The position numbers and the translations under genes are program-made. This document shows positions 14,265 through 26,861 of a DNA stretch of 64,000 nucleotides, in pieces. Location of the stretch: positions 351,974,001 through 352,038,000 of the forward strand of contig OZ024743.1 of the NCBI GenBank assembly GCA_964016885.1. The letters run 5' to 3'. The number at the start of each line of letters is the position of its first letter. Position 1 is the stretch's first letter. This DNA comes from Eledone cirrhosa (lineage: Eukaryota). A model generated the notes under the pieces. It was not told the DNA's origin, made no database searches, and saw nothing but the letters and a program-made list of their open reading frames with translations.

Positions 14265-15302
14265 TGATATGTGGTGACAGTCGAGTTTGCAATTTTCAAC
14301 TGTAATGAGATGGGTAAATTTACTACCTTTTATACATTTTATACAGAGAAAAGTGGCTCCGGAATGCAAAGCCCTGTAAACTGTATTTCGACCAATCAGT
14401 GTGTAGTTTCACTGAATTACTACAGCTGATTGGTTTAAGCGTCACGGCTGGTTGAGCATGCTAACGACCAATAGTCATACCCAACGTATCAATTGTTTTG
14501 CTTTTTGAGATGATGAAAATAGCATTTTCTATTAATCATCACCATCAACATCACTTTTATTATTATTATTATTGTTGTTGTTGTTGTTGTTGTTAGTGGT
14601 CGTGGTCATAGTGGTAGTAGAAGTAATACCCCTAGGCGTTATTATTGTTCATTTAGCTTGGGTTTGAATTTATCAATAAAATTCTTTTCTTTTCTATATA
14701 TACACATGTACATGCACACAGATACACATGTATATATATTGAGTGAGTGTGAAAGATAGAAGTTCATTATTGCTACTCAGTGGATATCTATATTTCGCAA
14801 AGGGTAAGATATTCATATTTTTACTTTACTCTAAAGTTTATGTGCTATAAAATGATTATACCTCTACAACACAAGATATTTTAACAATTTTTAATACAAT
14901 TTTCACTTGAATAAGAATGTGTCAATTAGTTAGAAAATATTAACTACAAAAATTAACTCATGAAATAGAGGATTTTAAAGTTGATCCAAGGTTTCTAATA
15001 CTTTTGTCTTATTAAGGTTATTTTCTTAAATAATTAAAGCATTCTCTTCTAAGTGAACATTTTTATTCGTGGAATTGAGGGTATATCCTAGTAGTGGGTT
15101 CTAATAATTACCGTTATCTACCTCGGTAAGTATCTTACAAAGTGTATCATCAAAAATCTTATAATTCTACATCAACCAATCATAATTGAATAAAGTTATA
15201 AAACATTATTCTTTCAGCAGTACATATTTCCATAAAACACCAAAATAGGTAAGCTACTCATATATTGAACACACCTTGTGTCCTCCCATTCTCCCTCTCT
15301 CG

Positions 15303-15339
<37 letters not shown>

Positions 15340-15359
15340 GTGTGTGTGTGTGTGTGTAA

Positions 15360-15428
<69 letters not shown>

Positions 15429-15606
15429 GTGTGTGTAAGTATATATATAGTGTGTGTGTAAGTATATATATATATATATTGTGCATGTGTAAGTATATAT
15501 ATATATATATATATATTGTGTGTGTGTAAGTATATATATAGTGTGTGTGTAAGTATATATATATATATACATTGTGCATGTGTAAGTATATATATATATA
15601 TATAAT

Positions 15607-16137
15607 TAGGATTTAGCTTCAGGTATAGCTGTATACAGATATCTATCGAAATTTTGTATTTTTAAGGAAACACGATATATTTACAGGTAAACATTTAGAA
15701 AGCCATATCTATGCAAAAAACACCAGGGCTACCACCCTCTGGTGGTGTCCAGCAGAAGCAAGGGGGACAATCGTCGATGCATTTTGGACTTAACTGGTCA
15801 TCATCAGGACGATTCCCACCACACTTGCGACTGCTGGACTTGAGAACAGTCGAGAATACATAGTTTTCTCATCTGTGTAAATGAAGTGATTAATCTCATG
15901 TGCATATGAAGCTGCATAAGTTGGCTCAACTTATAATAGAATAGAAATAGGATTTAGGTTCAGGCATAGCTGTATACAGATATGTATAGAAATTTCGTAT
16001 TTGAGTATCGACGATTGTCCCCTTGCTTCTGCTGGACACCAGCAGAGGGCGTTTGCACCGGTGTTTTTTGCATAGCTACGGATTTCTAAATGTTTACCTG
16101 TAAATATATTGTTTCCTTAGAAATACGAAATTTCTAT

Positions 16138-16142
<5 letters not shown>
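15607..16142. mobile_element. Penelope-type terminal remnant with direct and inverted partial repeats and a mutated hammerhead
   Basis: About 15640-15778 is inverted at 16007-16140, and 15607-15660 is repeated at 15948-16002. The hammerhead-like motif at 15769-15814 (-) reads aatcgtc-CTGATGA...aaaa-tgca-TC-gacgatt, with GAAA changed to AAAA. Mirrored at 63230-63770. Confidence 0.65.
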
Positions 16143-16215
<73 letters not shown>

Positions 16216-16240
16216 GATATCAAATCAACTTTTTATACAT

Positions 16241-16271
<31 letters not shown>

Positions 16272-16352
16272 CGATACCAAATCAACTTTTCAAATAGAAG
16301 TCGAAGTTGAAAGGTATGTCGAATCTATCTATTTATAAGACTGTTTATATTG

Positions 16353-16418
16353 TATTTTGTCTGAAGAAGGCATAACATATTTTTAATATGATATCCCTGA
16401 AATTTATATAATGAAATA
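16353..16418 (+). ncRNA. Hammerhead-like motif, same family as 4157-4221
   Basis: tattttgt-CTGAAGA-...-GAAA-tttata-TA-atgaaata. Confidence 0.5.
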
Positions 16419-16545
16419 AATATGGTTTTATAAATATAGTTTCCATTTATTTAATATCGTAAATATACTCCAAATACTTGTTGAGTGCTTTTATATCAGT
16501 TATAAATATTTACTCGTTGTTAACCCAACAATTTAAATAAAACTT

Positions 16546-16621
<76 letters not shown>

Positions 16622-16960
16622 AGAGAGAGAGGTTTGGTAATCTAGAAAATTATATGATATTTGATCATTTGATTGAAATTTCTATATATTATTTAAAATT
16701 GTTGAAATATATATGAAATTAATTATTCCTAATAGTATTATAACATAGGATTTATTTTTTTCTATACACTTTTATTTTTATTGTATTTTTCCAAATATTT
16801 ACATTTTTACCATTATATTCACATAAGGGTTGAAATATTATAATATATTCATGTGTAGGACACCCATAAAAAGGTATTGCAATAGAAACATTGTGGAAAA
16901 TCAGATTTTCACTTTTTACCTACAAATGCAAATGTGAAAGATATATAGAGTAGAAATAAT

Positions 16961-17146
16961 TGTTTCTTCTTTTGGCACAAGGCCAGCAATTATCCAGTGC
17001 ATTACTGGTACTTTATTTTATCGACCCCGTAAGGATGAAAGGCAAAGTCAACCTCGGCGGGATTTGAACTCAGACCGTAAAGGGACGTAACTATGCTGGA
17101 AAGCATGGCGTCCGACCCTCTACCGATACTGCCAATCCACCGCCTT
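16961..17146 (-). mobile_element. tRNA-derived SINE with a 15-bp TSD
   Basis: A-box-like TGGCAGTATCGG and B-box GAGTTCAAATCC on the minus strand. TSD tagagtagaaataat at 16946-16960 and 17147-17161. Confidence 0.9.
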
Positions 17147-17519
17147 TAGAGTAGAAATAATGCAGACACAAAAGGGTTTTAAGAATTATTGCTCATAGTC
17201 AAGCCATTTCTTGAAGAGAAAAAGTCGAAGGAGATAATGTTCCAAATTTTATTTTTTCATATCACTTGCATAACAAATGATAATATAAGGTTATGAGGAG
17301 GAATATTAATATTTTACCTGGTTTAATTTATATCAACCATTCAACCAGTATGGTTAAACAGTAACTAACATATTATTTTGAAAATATATATTAGTAGTGT
17401 ATTTACTCTAGTAATCCTAGTAATGTATTAGTAATTACATATTGAAAAATTGTGTATATTCATTTTTACCAATATGGGGTATTTTTAATTAAGTTTTAAT
17501 CTTGAATATCAAGAATATT

Positions 17520-20512
17520 ACCCCTACCAAATGGAAAATAAAAAGCACAAATCTGGATCACTGAAATGTAAAGAGTGACATGAACCAGAAAGGCAGGAGT
17601 CAGCTAAGCGGTGCAGGTCTATTACAGATTTTATAATACTGCAATCACCATCCACATCAATGTCCAGTTCTGAAACAAGAAACAAGAAACAAGAAACAAG
17701 ACCCATGGTGATGATGCAGTGACATGCAAGTTGCAAGATCAGGGAAGAGTTACTTTCGATGTAGATACAAATATAAGTGCATCCTTTTATAATTAACCCA
17801 GGCCCAGTACTATTTCTGGTTTCATTGTTCCGGTATCTGTACTGCCTGTAGTTGCAACATCTGAGTACATAGCTTTAATTAGTGACGGGCAATCAGATAT
17901 TACTTCAGACATAAATGACTTGGTTTCTGAAGCACATTCTGTAAATGAACCTTTTCAAGAAAATGAAAGATCAGCTACTGGAATCTTCCAACGTCCATCG
18001 CGATCAAATCTGAAACAGTTTTTTGCTGAACATCCATGTCAGCCACTTGATGGCCTACTGTTTGGTGCTCATTTGTATGAGAGGAAAATTACAAATGACT
18101 CAGTCCCAAGAAAATGACTTACATACAACAAAGAAAATAGATGCTTATAATTGTCATACTGCTTAGCGTTTGAGTCTCCCAACACTTGTAATCTATCACC
18201 CTTTGTATGTGGCTTTAATAATTACAGGCATGTTAGGCAGAGCTTGGCTTTACATGAATCTACAACACATCAAAAATGCTCAGCAATATATCAGTGTGGT
18301 TAATGATGGCACCTTAGATAATTTTTTTGCAGCATCACTAATTAAAAGGAAAGAGGAAGTGTTGAAGCAGAGAAGTATTGTCATGAGAATTATAGACATC
18401 ATAAAGATGTTAAGCAAGCAAGCATTTCCTTTTCGAGGTTATGGAAATGAATCAGCCTACACTCTGGATAATGAGGTTCTGAATCATGGCAATTTTTTAG
18501 CTACAGTGCCGTTGATGGCTAAATATGACACCATTATGGCAGCTCACATTTCTGCAGTGCAAAACAGGTTTGGACAAAGAATCAAACGATTGGAACAACA
18601 AGGAACGGCTCAAAGTAAAGGCTGTGGTGGACTTGTTATATACTCTTGCAAAACAACTATTAACGTGTTAATCCAAATTATAAAGAATATGATACAAGAA
18701 AGAATTGGTCATAAAGTTTCTAAAGCAATATATTATTCTATTCAGGTTGATTTAACACAAGATAATTCATCTATCTATCAGTTTAGCATTGTTATTAAGT
18801 ATGTGCTTAAAGGTGTTATCTGCGAGTGACTATTTTCAGTTGTGCCAAGTAATAATTGTACAGGACAGGGACTTTTTGATCTATTGAGTGTAACACTACA
18901 GCATTTTAAAATTGACCCCCAAAAATGTTTATGCTGCAAGCTACCATGGGCATTATAATGGATTACAAAGTAAAATTGCTGATGTGGCAGATCAACATGT
19001 CATATATGGTGTTATGCTATATATGGTTAAGTGGTTTAGATATGTTTACTGCATAGAGTTTGGTAGATTCAGCTACAACCATGTTGAAGGCACAGAGAAG
19101 AACATTTGATAACGTTCACAGCAAGGCTTTAGAATTTGTAAATAAATGTAATGACAAGATTTCACAGAGGAATATGGATGAAAAAACAATTACTGGAAAT
19201 TGATACTTTGGAAACAGCATTGCCAGTTCAAAGACAGAGGAAGAAAGAAAGAATGGCAGATGAACTTGTTAATGATGAAGGAAATTACTCAGATTCTCTA
19301 GCTGATTTTCAAGAAAATGTGTCTAACCTAATAATGGATTGCATTATCCAGTTGCAGCATTAGATGTTATATTTAGTTGTTTCCAGAAATCAGCAAAGAT
19401 CAAGTAAAATTAGAATTGTGTTCTTTTGCTTCAAACTTTAATGATGGTGAGAATATGGGTTCCATTTGCAACAACTATAAATTTTGCACCACTTGCCCAT
19501 CGTGTGTACTAAGAATTCTGACATCCAACAGACTTCATGACAAGGCATATGATAATCTTTATGAACTTTATAAAGTTATCTGCACACTATCAGTTACCCA
19601 ATTCCAATGTGAGAGGACATTTTCAAAGCTAAAGATCACAGAGACAAGGTTAAGAAATTCGCTATCTAAGGAGAACTTGGTATCCTACATGTTGCTATCC
19701 ATTGAAAAAGAATTGTTAGATGAATTGGATGCAGAAGCAGTTATTGGTAGATTTGCACAATCATCCAGTGAACTCAAACGACTGCTCTTAATATAGTGGA
19801 CTGCATGTAATACACTTGAACTATTTGTTAATGTGTAAAGTGTGCAGTACAATTAAGCTATTTTTAAATATGCCCCAATTATTTAAAAGTTTTAAAAATT
19901 GGTACATGTATAATTTACTGTTATTTTGCAAAATTTATAAGAGCCTTATAAAAATAGTAATGGCAAGAGCAGGGGAAACCGAATAATAGAAGGATGTAAA
20001 ATATTAAAAGTAGAAGAAATCAAAACCATGAAAGAAATCTCCTTTGTAAAGAGCAAACAAATAAATGATGTATATGTATGAAGATGTGGTATTGACTGCA
20101 ATGCCGTGATTTTTATAGGAAAACAGTTATCTCTTTGACATTAAAAAGTCTTCATTAAAAATACTGAAATTGATTTATAGATTTATAGAAATTTATTTTC
20201 AGTTTGGTTAAAACTTTTCAAAATAACAGTATACATTCACAATTATTTAACAATTCAATTATAATATTCTGTTTTTACATTTGGTATTACTGTATACTGC
20301 CAGTAATATGTATAGTATATATGCACTATAATTGGTAAAAAAAAAAGCAACATTTTTTCCCTGCAGAAATTTTATTGCACCTTTTTGTTTCCAGTTATGT
20401 ATTTTTTGAAAATGTTGTTTATTCGTTATAAAAATTAAATGTTAGTATTCTGTATATGGGTGGGTCTCCTTTATCTCATGGCAACCAATATATTTAGACC
20501 CAGTCCGCCAGT
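17520..20512 (+). mobile_element. Degenerate hAT transposon (ZMYM1/DUF4371-like region and hATC dimerisation domain)
   Basis: FRGYGNES..NHGNFL, YYSIQVD..Q, CERTFSKLK..TRLRNSL. Many stops. A possible TIR remnant (gacccagtccgccagt) lies near 20497-20512. Confidence 0.8.
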
Positions 20513-20703
20513 CCTTCGGAGGGTAAGTTCTATTTTAATTTTATATTTCCAAACATCCAAATTCAACACTAGTCTCAGCAAATAACCTGGCAGAAGTTGT
20601 GAAAGTTGCATAAATATTTTTATATATTTTCCCAATGCAATCGTTGTTTACATTTTATTTACACCCTAATGCATAAAGATGTAAATTTATAATATTGAGA
20701 ACC

Positions 20704-21809
20704 TCATCGTCTGTTAAGTAGAACAATAAAAATAATTGCAATATTCAATATAAAAAAGTACTTATTTCTATTTTTGTTATCTTTCAGTTGTAGAGTGCTG
20801 TTAACAAAATTATCCTTGTTTCTTAGTCTAGAAACTACATTATACAAGGTCTTCTGAATGTATACCACCTTTTTTTGATTGTGTCCATAGTCACTTATGG
20901 ACACTATAACAGGCCCATTCACATAATTCTTGGAATAATAAGTTTTCAAATTGGTTCCATGAAATCGGTTGTCAGTACATTTTACATTAATGTTTAGCAT
21001 TTCTGATAATACACCAATCCAAACATCATCAGGCATGAGCATACGGTTCTTTAATGATGCCAGATAAAGTTTGTTGATTACATTAATAGGTGCTATGTAA
21101 CCAACACCATGACAATATCTAGGATAATACTTTCCTTTATACATATATTTCTGATCTAACTCACGAAACTGTTGGTAATTATTTTGATTTGATATACCAT
21201 TGCCAAGACAGAAACAAATAGAAAATTGTTCTTCATAGTTAATTTGATACAATTCGTTACGAAGAAATTGTACAAGTTTGTATTGGTCAATAAAAAGTTC
21301 ATCATTTAATATCATAACATAATCTGCATTGGCACAAAACTCAACACTCCACTTCCATGCCATAATTGTCTTCAAGTAAACATTTAAATAAGATTCTTCA
21401 AAATCCTCTTGAAGAATATCTCCGTATATTTTACTCTCCTCGTGAATGAGGGATTCAGTTGTTGAGTTACTTGTTTTAGCAAAAAGAAAAACATGTTTGA
21501 TGATGATATCTTTTGAGTAATAATCTTGTGGAACATTCAGAAAAATTTTTCTTAATGTTTCCCTCCGATCAAAATGACTGTAGATTGTACGAACGGCATA
21601 AAGAAGCAATACCCTTTCATATTGAGAGCACAGAGTTGGTTCATTGATGAGATATTTAAAAACATGTTCATATGGCTGAGGGTTTTTATAGTACATTTCG
21701 TCAACCTTTGATCCATTTGGTTGAGATCTAATAACAATCTTAGTATTTTTCAATGTCTCTTTTCTTTCAGTAAAGTAAGTTGAAGGTACTTTTTGTATAT
21801 CGAAAAAAT
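20704..21809 (-). CDS. GT31 family beta-1,3-galactosyl/GlcNAc-transferase-like protein, large coding exon
   Basis: RRETLR, HVFLF, EESKIYGDILQEDFEESYLN.YLKT..AWKW..EFC..ADYV, YPRYCHGVGY, DDVWIG. A pyrimidine-rich acceptor (ttgttttctag) at 21810-21811 is in frame. Confidence 0.85.
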
Positions 21810-22039
21810 CTAGAAAACAAAAACAAAATTGAGATGTATATGAAAGCGTATATAATATTTTTTGTATAATAAATATATATATAGCTCTTGTTACAAATGT
21901 TTTAAACTGTGATTATGTCACAGCTATCTCGGTAGCCATGTGATAATGCCAGATGCTAGCATTACAGAATTTTTATCCATCATTAGCGATCTTTTCCCAT
22001 ATTGAAAAAGAAAATTTCAATAAATTTTAACTAGTCATT

Positions 22040-22880
22040 TGGGTAGGAAGTGGTATCATGACTGGCGAGTGCAAAATCAGTCAGCTGGAATTTGCTGATG
22101 ACATGGTGTTACTTAACTGGACAAAAGATGATCTTCGACTTGAACTTGAAAGGTTTGATGCCGAGTGCTGCATGGCTTGAATGAAAATCAGTGCTGCAAA
22201 AACTGAGACACTCATCCTCTCAAGGAAGCCTACGCAATGCACTTTATATGCGAATGGATTTCCACTGAAGCAAGTAGAGACATTCAAGTATTTCGGGGCC
22301 ATGTTCCTGAGTGATGAAAGGCAGGAGGTTGAATTAAGTGCAAGAATTGCAAAAGCTGGTGCATTACTGCACCAGCTTCAGCATTCAGTAATCAGAAGAA
22401 GGAAGGTAGGTGTAAAAGGCAAACTCGCTAAATTTAAATCAGTTTTCGTGCCAACCCTTACCTATGGTCATGAATCTTGGGTAATGACCGAAAGAATATG
22501 ATTGTGAATACAAGAGGTCGAAATGAGATTACTCTGATGGGTCTTTAGAGTAATGTTACTCAATAAAATGTATAGCTCAGAAATCAGATAGTCACTCCAG
22601 GTAGAGCTGCTACTTCTCCGATTTAAGAAATCACAGCTCGATTCTATGGGCATATTGTTAGAATGTCTCAGAAAGAATCGCTGGACAGATTTTACTGGCA
22701 AATCAAACCAGCAAGAGACCCAGGGCTGTACCCTGAGCAAGATGGTTGGATAATATCCATGTGCTTGGCTAGTCACACTTGGTGATCAAGCTGGATCAGT
22801 TGGAGATGGTTGCTTCTGACAGGACCCATTGGAAGGAATGTTTGAGGACTTTGCCCCAACGACCCTCTCAGGAATAGGTG
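22040..22880 (+). mobile_element. Degenerate RTE-clade LINE 3' fragment inside the GT intron
   Basis: EFADDMVLL, KISAAKTETL, LKQVETFKYFG, VPTLTYGHESW. Mirrored at about 57200-57990. Confidence 0.8.
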
Positions 22881-22886
22881 GGCAAA

Positions 22887-23173
22887 GAAGGAAGAGGAGG
22901 AGGAGGAGGAGGAGAAGAAGAAGAAGAAGAAGAAGAAGAAGAAGAAGAAGAAGAAGAAGAAGAAGAAGAAGAAGAAGAAGAAGAAGAAGAAGAAGAAGAA
23001 GAAGAAGAAGAAGAAGAAGAAGAAGAAGAAGAAGAAGAAGAAGAAGAAGAAGAAGAAGAAGAAGAAGAAGAAGAAGAAGAAGAAGAAGAAGAAGAAGAAG
23101 AAGAAGAAGAAGAAGAAGAAGAAGAAGAAGAAGAAGAAGAAGAAGAAGAAGAAGAAGAAGAAGAAGAAGAAGA
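22887..23173. repeat. (GAG)n followed by a long (GAA)n triplet repeat of about 85 units
   Basis: Seen directly; absent from the right arm. Confidence 0.99.
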
Positions 23174-23182
23174 ACAACTCAC

Positions 23183-23246
23183 AATAATATGTCAAAAATG
23201 CATACAGCAACATGAAGATAATGCAGATCAACTTTTTAATGTACAT
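23183..23246 (-). CDS. First coding exon of the GT31 gene (signal anchor MYIKKLICIIFMLLYAFLTYY)
   Basis: Acceptor ttttctttttaatttttgacag, then aaATG, 64 coding nt, then donor GTGAGT. Phase 1 matches the exon starting at 21809, giving 389 aa. Confidence 0.8.
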
Positions 23247-23329
23247 TTCTGTCAAAAATTAAAAAGAAAAAAGAAATATTAAAAATGGAAAATTTGAGAG
23301 ATGAAAATATAAAATTGAAATTGTCTAAT

Positions 23330-24130
23330 GCCTATATCTGTTTGCTGTAGTCTTGGATATTGAGATTCATTTGGAACTCATCACCAGAGAGGAAATCCTA
23401 GGATTCTCCATAGACAAGCAGAGATCACATCAAATATCAGCAGTCTCAATTACCAATATTGATCTTGCTTATGACATTGATGATATCCAACGAAAGTTAA
23501 CAAAACCAAGAGTGAAATAAACAAATGCAGAAAAAAAACCCTAGTACATGACCTTCAAGTAGAATGTAGGTGTCGAGGTGAGAACAATGAATGGCTAAAA
23601 ACTGAATGCAGATATCAGGTACCTAGGAAGGTGGATGAGCAGCTCTGATACTGATATCAAAACCAGGAAAGCTTGTGCATAGACAGCATGCTATAAACTA
23701 CAGAAAATCTGGGAGTCATGACTGCCAACAAGAACAAAAATAAGGTTGTTCCTAGCTACTAGTGAATCAGTGTTCTTATATGGTAGAGAGAAATGGACAC
23801 TAATAAAACAAACAAAACAAAAAGAGTTTTGATGGCTACTGCACAATGATGCTACATGTAATCCGTCATGTGAAGTGGCAACATCGCATAACAAATGAAT
23901 ACCTGTATTGAATCCTTCCAAAAGTAAAAAAGAAAATCAATGAATGTTGATTCTATCTATCAAGATATTGTGAATGGCATTCTGAAGAGGAAATATCAAA
24001 GCTGGCCTTGTGGAATCCACGTCATGGAATAGGAAGGCGTTATTCAATACATTGACAATCTAAAGCAGAATACTGAAGCTGACCATGATGGACAGAGAAG
24101 TGTGGAATAGAGACAGTATAACTGTGGTCC
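23330..24130 (+). mobile_element. Old, highly degenerate LINE remnant
   Basis: Faint RT traces (IDLAYD-like, YLG, KIRLFLATSESVFLYG.E.W). Mirrored at about 56390-57190. Confidence 0.5.
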
Positions 24131-25349
24131 ATGTAAGAGTACAAGCTTGTATTATGTTGCAGTACCAGTAATGTACTGGGTAATTGCTGGCCTTGTGCCA
24201 AATGTAGAAACAATTATGTTGTATATACAAGTTTATGCCTATATAAGAAAGCTCAAAATCCATTCAATGGCCTGAGTGACAGAGGCACAGTTGACTGGTA
24301 ATTTCAAATCCAAGACAAACTACAGAGTGGCATAGAAAGGTCTTTTTCAATATTATCTGAAATTTCCATTAGATCCCTTGATAATGGATGGCAACTCCAA
24401 AATATATTGGGATTAATAATATTTCCAAGGTAACATCTTTTATTCTTATTCTTTTTTCCTCTTATCTATTCAACCTTATATCTCTCATCAACTGATTCTG
24501 TTGCATTAATATCGATAAAATAAAGTACCAGTAATGCACTGGGTAATTGCTGGCCTTGTGCCTAAAGTAGAAACAATTAATATCTACAACCTTAACCTGC
24601 ATTGTACTGGCTTCAAAGACAACCAATTCTCATATTCCAAAATGATTCCAGAAAACTAAAACACTTTCTTATATATGAGATGTGTGTGTGTGTGTACATG
24701 TGATGACACAGGACTGAGATCTCTGGTGTTATGCAGTAATACAGAAGACCCACATTTCCATGAGCACAGGTTGAAGCATACATCAAGTATGCACCACCTT
24801 CACCTCCATCCCCTTCCATACACCTCAAACGTCCTAACACTCTACCCATGTTCTAACAGGTATCCAACGCCCTAACACTCCGCCCCCCCCCCACACACGC
24901 CCCTAGATCTACCTCCCCAATCTCTGTACACCTCATCCACCCAATTCCCCAGCCTACACTGTAAAGTGGGTGTGTAGGTGACATGACAAAAAGTGCCCAG
25001 TCCATGCTGTAAAATGGTTGTGTAGGTGTCATAACAAAAAGCACCTAGTATACACTGTAAATATAGTTGGCATTAGAAAAGGCATCCTGTTGTAGAAACC
25101 AAGCCAAAATCAGTTCTGCAGGAGTCAGACATGGCCATCTGGCTTGGCTTGTCTCACAATGAGACAACTTTTCTAACCCATGCTACATGGAAAAATGGAC
25201 TTTAAATGGTGGTGGTGATGATGCATATGTAAGTGCTTGAGTGTGTAGGTATCTTCACTTGTGTGCGTGCATGCATGTACATGTGTGTTTATGTCCGTGT
25301 GTTCTTTTTTTAAGAGTCTTTTATAAATGATGTCATCAGGCAATCTGTG

Positions 25350-26845
25350 GTCATATTTTCAAAGACAAAATATTCAATGCCCACCTCTTTGCTAAGTGCA
25401 AAATTAGAGACATTGGGTCCTTTCTCATCCCTTCTGTATGTGTGGACACTTGAGTCACTACTGTGGAAGCTGAAGCTGTTGCAAAGCATCCTGCTTGAAC
25501 CAGAATGTGGAAGGGATGCATCAGAATGATGAGAGCAAAAATCAACCTAGACAAGTTGGTGGGTTTGTAGCTAGGTCTATGGAGAGGCAAATCCATGCCA
25601 TTCAACAGTGTTATTGGGTGCTGAATGAATTGACTGGTCAAGCTGCTCAGGTTCTAGTTTGATCTGGATCTCAAGGTGGATAGGAACCGAGAAGAGGTAA
25701 TGAACTGGGTAGTCGCTCTCACCAGAAATTGGCCAAGAGGAAGCTATCACTGAAAGATCAGATACTAGTGGTTAGGTGTACATTGTGTCCATCATCCATT
25801 ACTGCTTGACTGTCATGTACTGTTCTTTGGAGCACCTGCTCTTTCATTTCTGGTGGAATGGACAGGTTCCACTGGTCAGATTGTCCATCTGCTGCCAACA
25901 TGCTTTGCATGGATGGTGCAGAATATCATGGCGGATAATGCACAAACATGCATTAAGGCTACGGCATTTGCAGATATTCCTCAACGCTAAACAAGTGTGG
26001 ACGCCATTTGTGAGGTATGTCTGTCTGCAGCTCACCTCTTTGACTGAGCTGCAGCTTTCGGTCAAGCAAAGATTGAGAATGAGTGTCTGGCATCTGAAAT
26101 GCTGTTAGATGCTCACAGCCCTCTGCCACATTAGTGTTGTTTAGAGGACTAGTGGTAGCAAGTACTACGACGTCCTTGGGGAGTATATGGACGTCCGGAG
26201 GACTTTTGGTCTGGTGCTTATGGATAATTTCCAGAAATCCTGGACCTAGAAGTAGCACTAGGAAAAAATAGCTAAATTAGATGAGACGATTAGAACTGGT
26301 ATTACTAGTGTACAAACGCATGCTGAATGACCCCAGGCAGATGTGCGCGGCCTTTTGCCAGCATTTTGCTCAGCTGTTCGAATTTCCTACTTCGACCCAC
26401 AACTCTTCCCAGCCAATGCTCAGTGCTGCGAAAGGCCAATAATATCAACCGAGATTTGGGATGCCCTGGTTGGTTGCACGAAGTGGAAGTCACCAGGTTT
26501 GGATGAACTGTGCTACGAATTTTACAAAGAAATGTTAGAATTGTTCTCTGATCTCCTCAAAGTAGTCTTCTGCAGGTGACATCAGAAAAGGAGTATTCCC
26601 AGTTCTGTGAGCCAGGGCGTAGCAACGCTGATGAGGAAAGATAAGGACAAGAAGGATACTTTAGATAATTTCAGGCCCATAACTTAATATTTTGGCCTAG
26701 ACTGGGTGCTTGTCATCTGGAATGTTGCCAGACACTCAATGCCTTCCACCAAGAAGGCAAAGTAGTCAGTGGAAATTCCACTCTCGAGTTCTATAGAGGA
26801 TTAGTGGCAGGAAAGTGTGACGATGTTCTTGGAGAGGTGCTGGTG
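25350..26845 (+). mobile_element. Fused fragments of old Tx1/L1-type LINEs
   Basis: LLYVWTLE, ALRLRHL and KSPGLDELCYEFY motifs. Mirror pieces of 54346-55230, 51829-52286 and 50625-50768. Confidence 0.8.
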
Positions 26846-26861
26846 GTTCAGGATTGGTGGG

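Larger units (their letters stand above)
9832..14692 (-). mobile_element. Near full-length Penelope-like element (Neptune-type) with direct pseudo-LTRs
   Basis: About 650-bp near-identical repeats at 9832-10480 and 14034-14692. The upstream repeat contains the last ORF codons, the partial-tandem structure typical of PLEs. Confidence 0.92.

Noticed and set aside
16961-17146. tRNA gene
   Set aside because: The A and B boxes belong to a multi-copy SINE with TSDs; I could not fold a complete cloverleaf.
18170-19796. Domesticated ZMYM1-like host gene
   Set aside because: Multiple stops, frameshifts and deletions, shared by both arms.
20704-21753. Intronless, retrocopied or horizontally acquired GT starting at TTG
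   Set aside because: An in-frame splice acceptor and a phase-compatible ATG exon lie upstream.
22829-23282. Poly-R, poly-E, poly-S and poly-F ORFs
   Set aside because: Translations of the GAA repeat; only 23183-23246 is supported as an exon.
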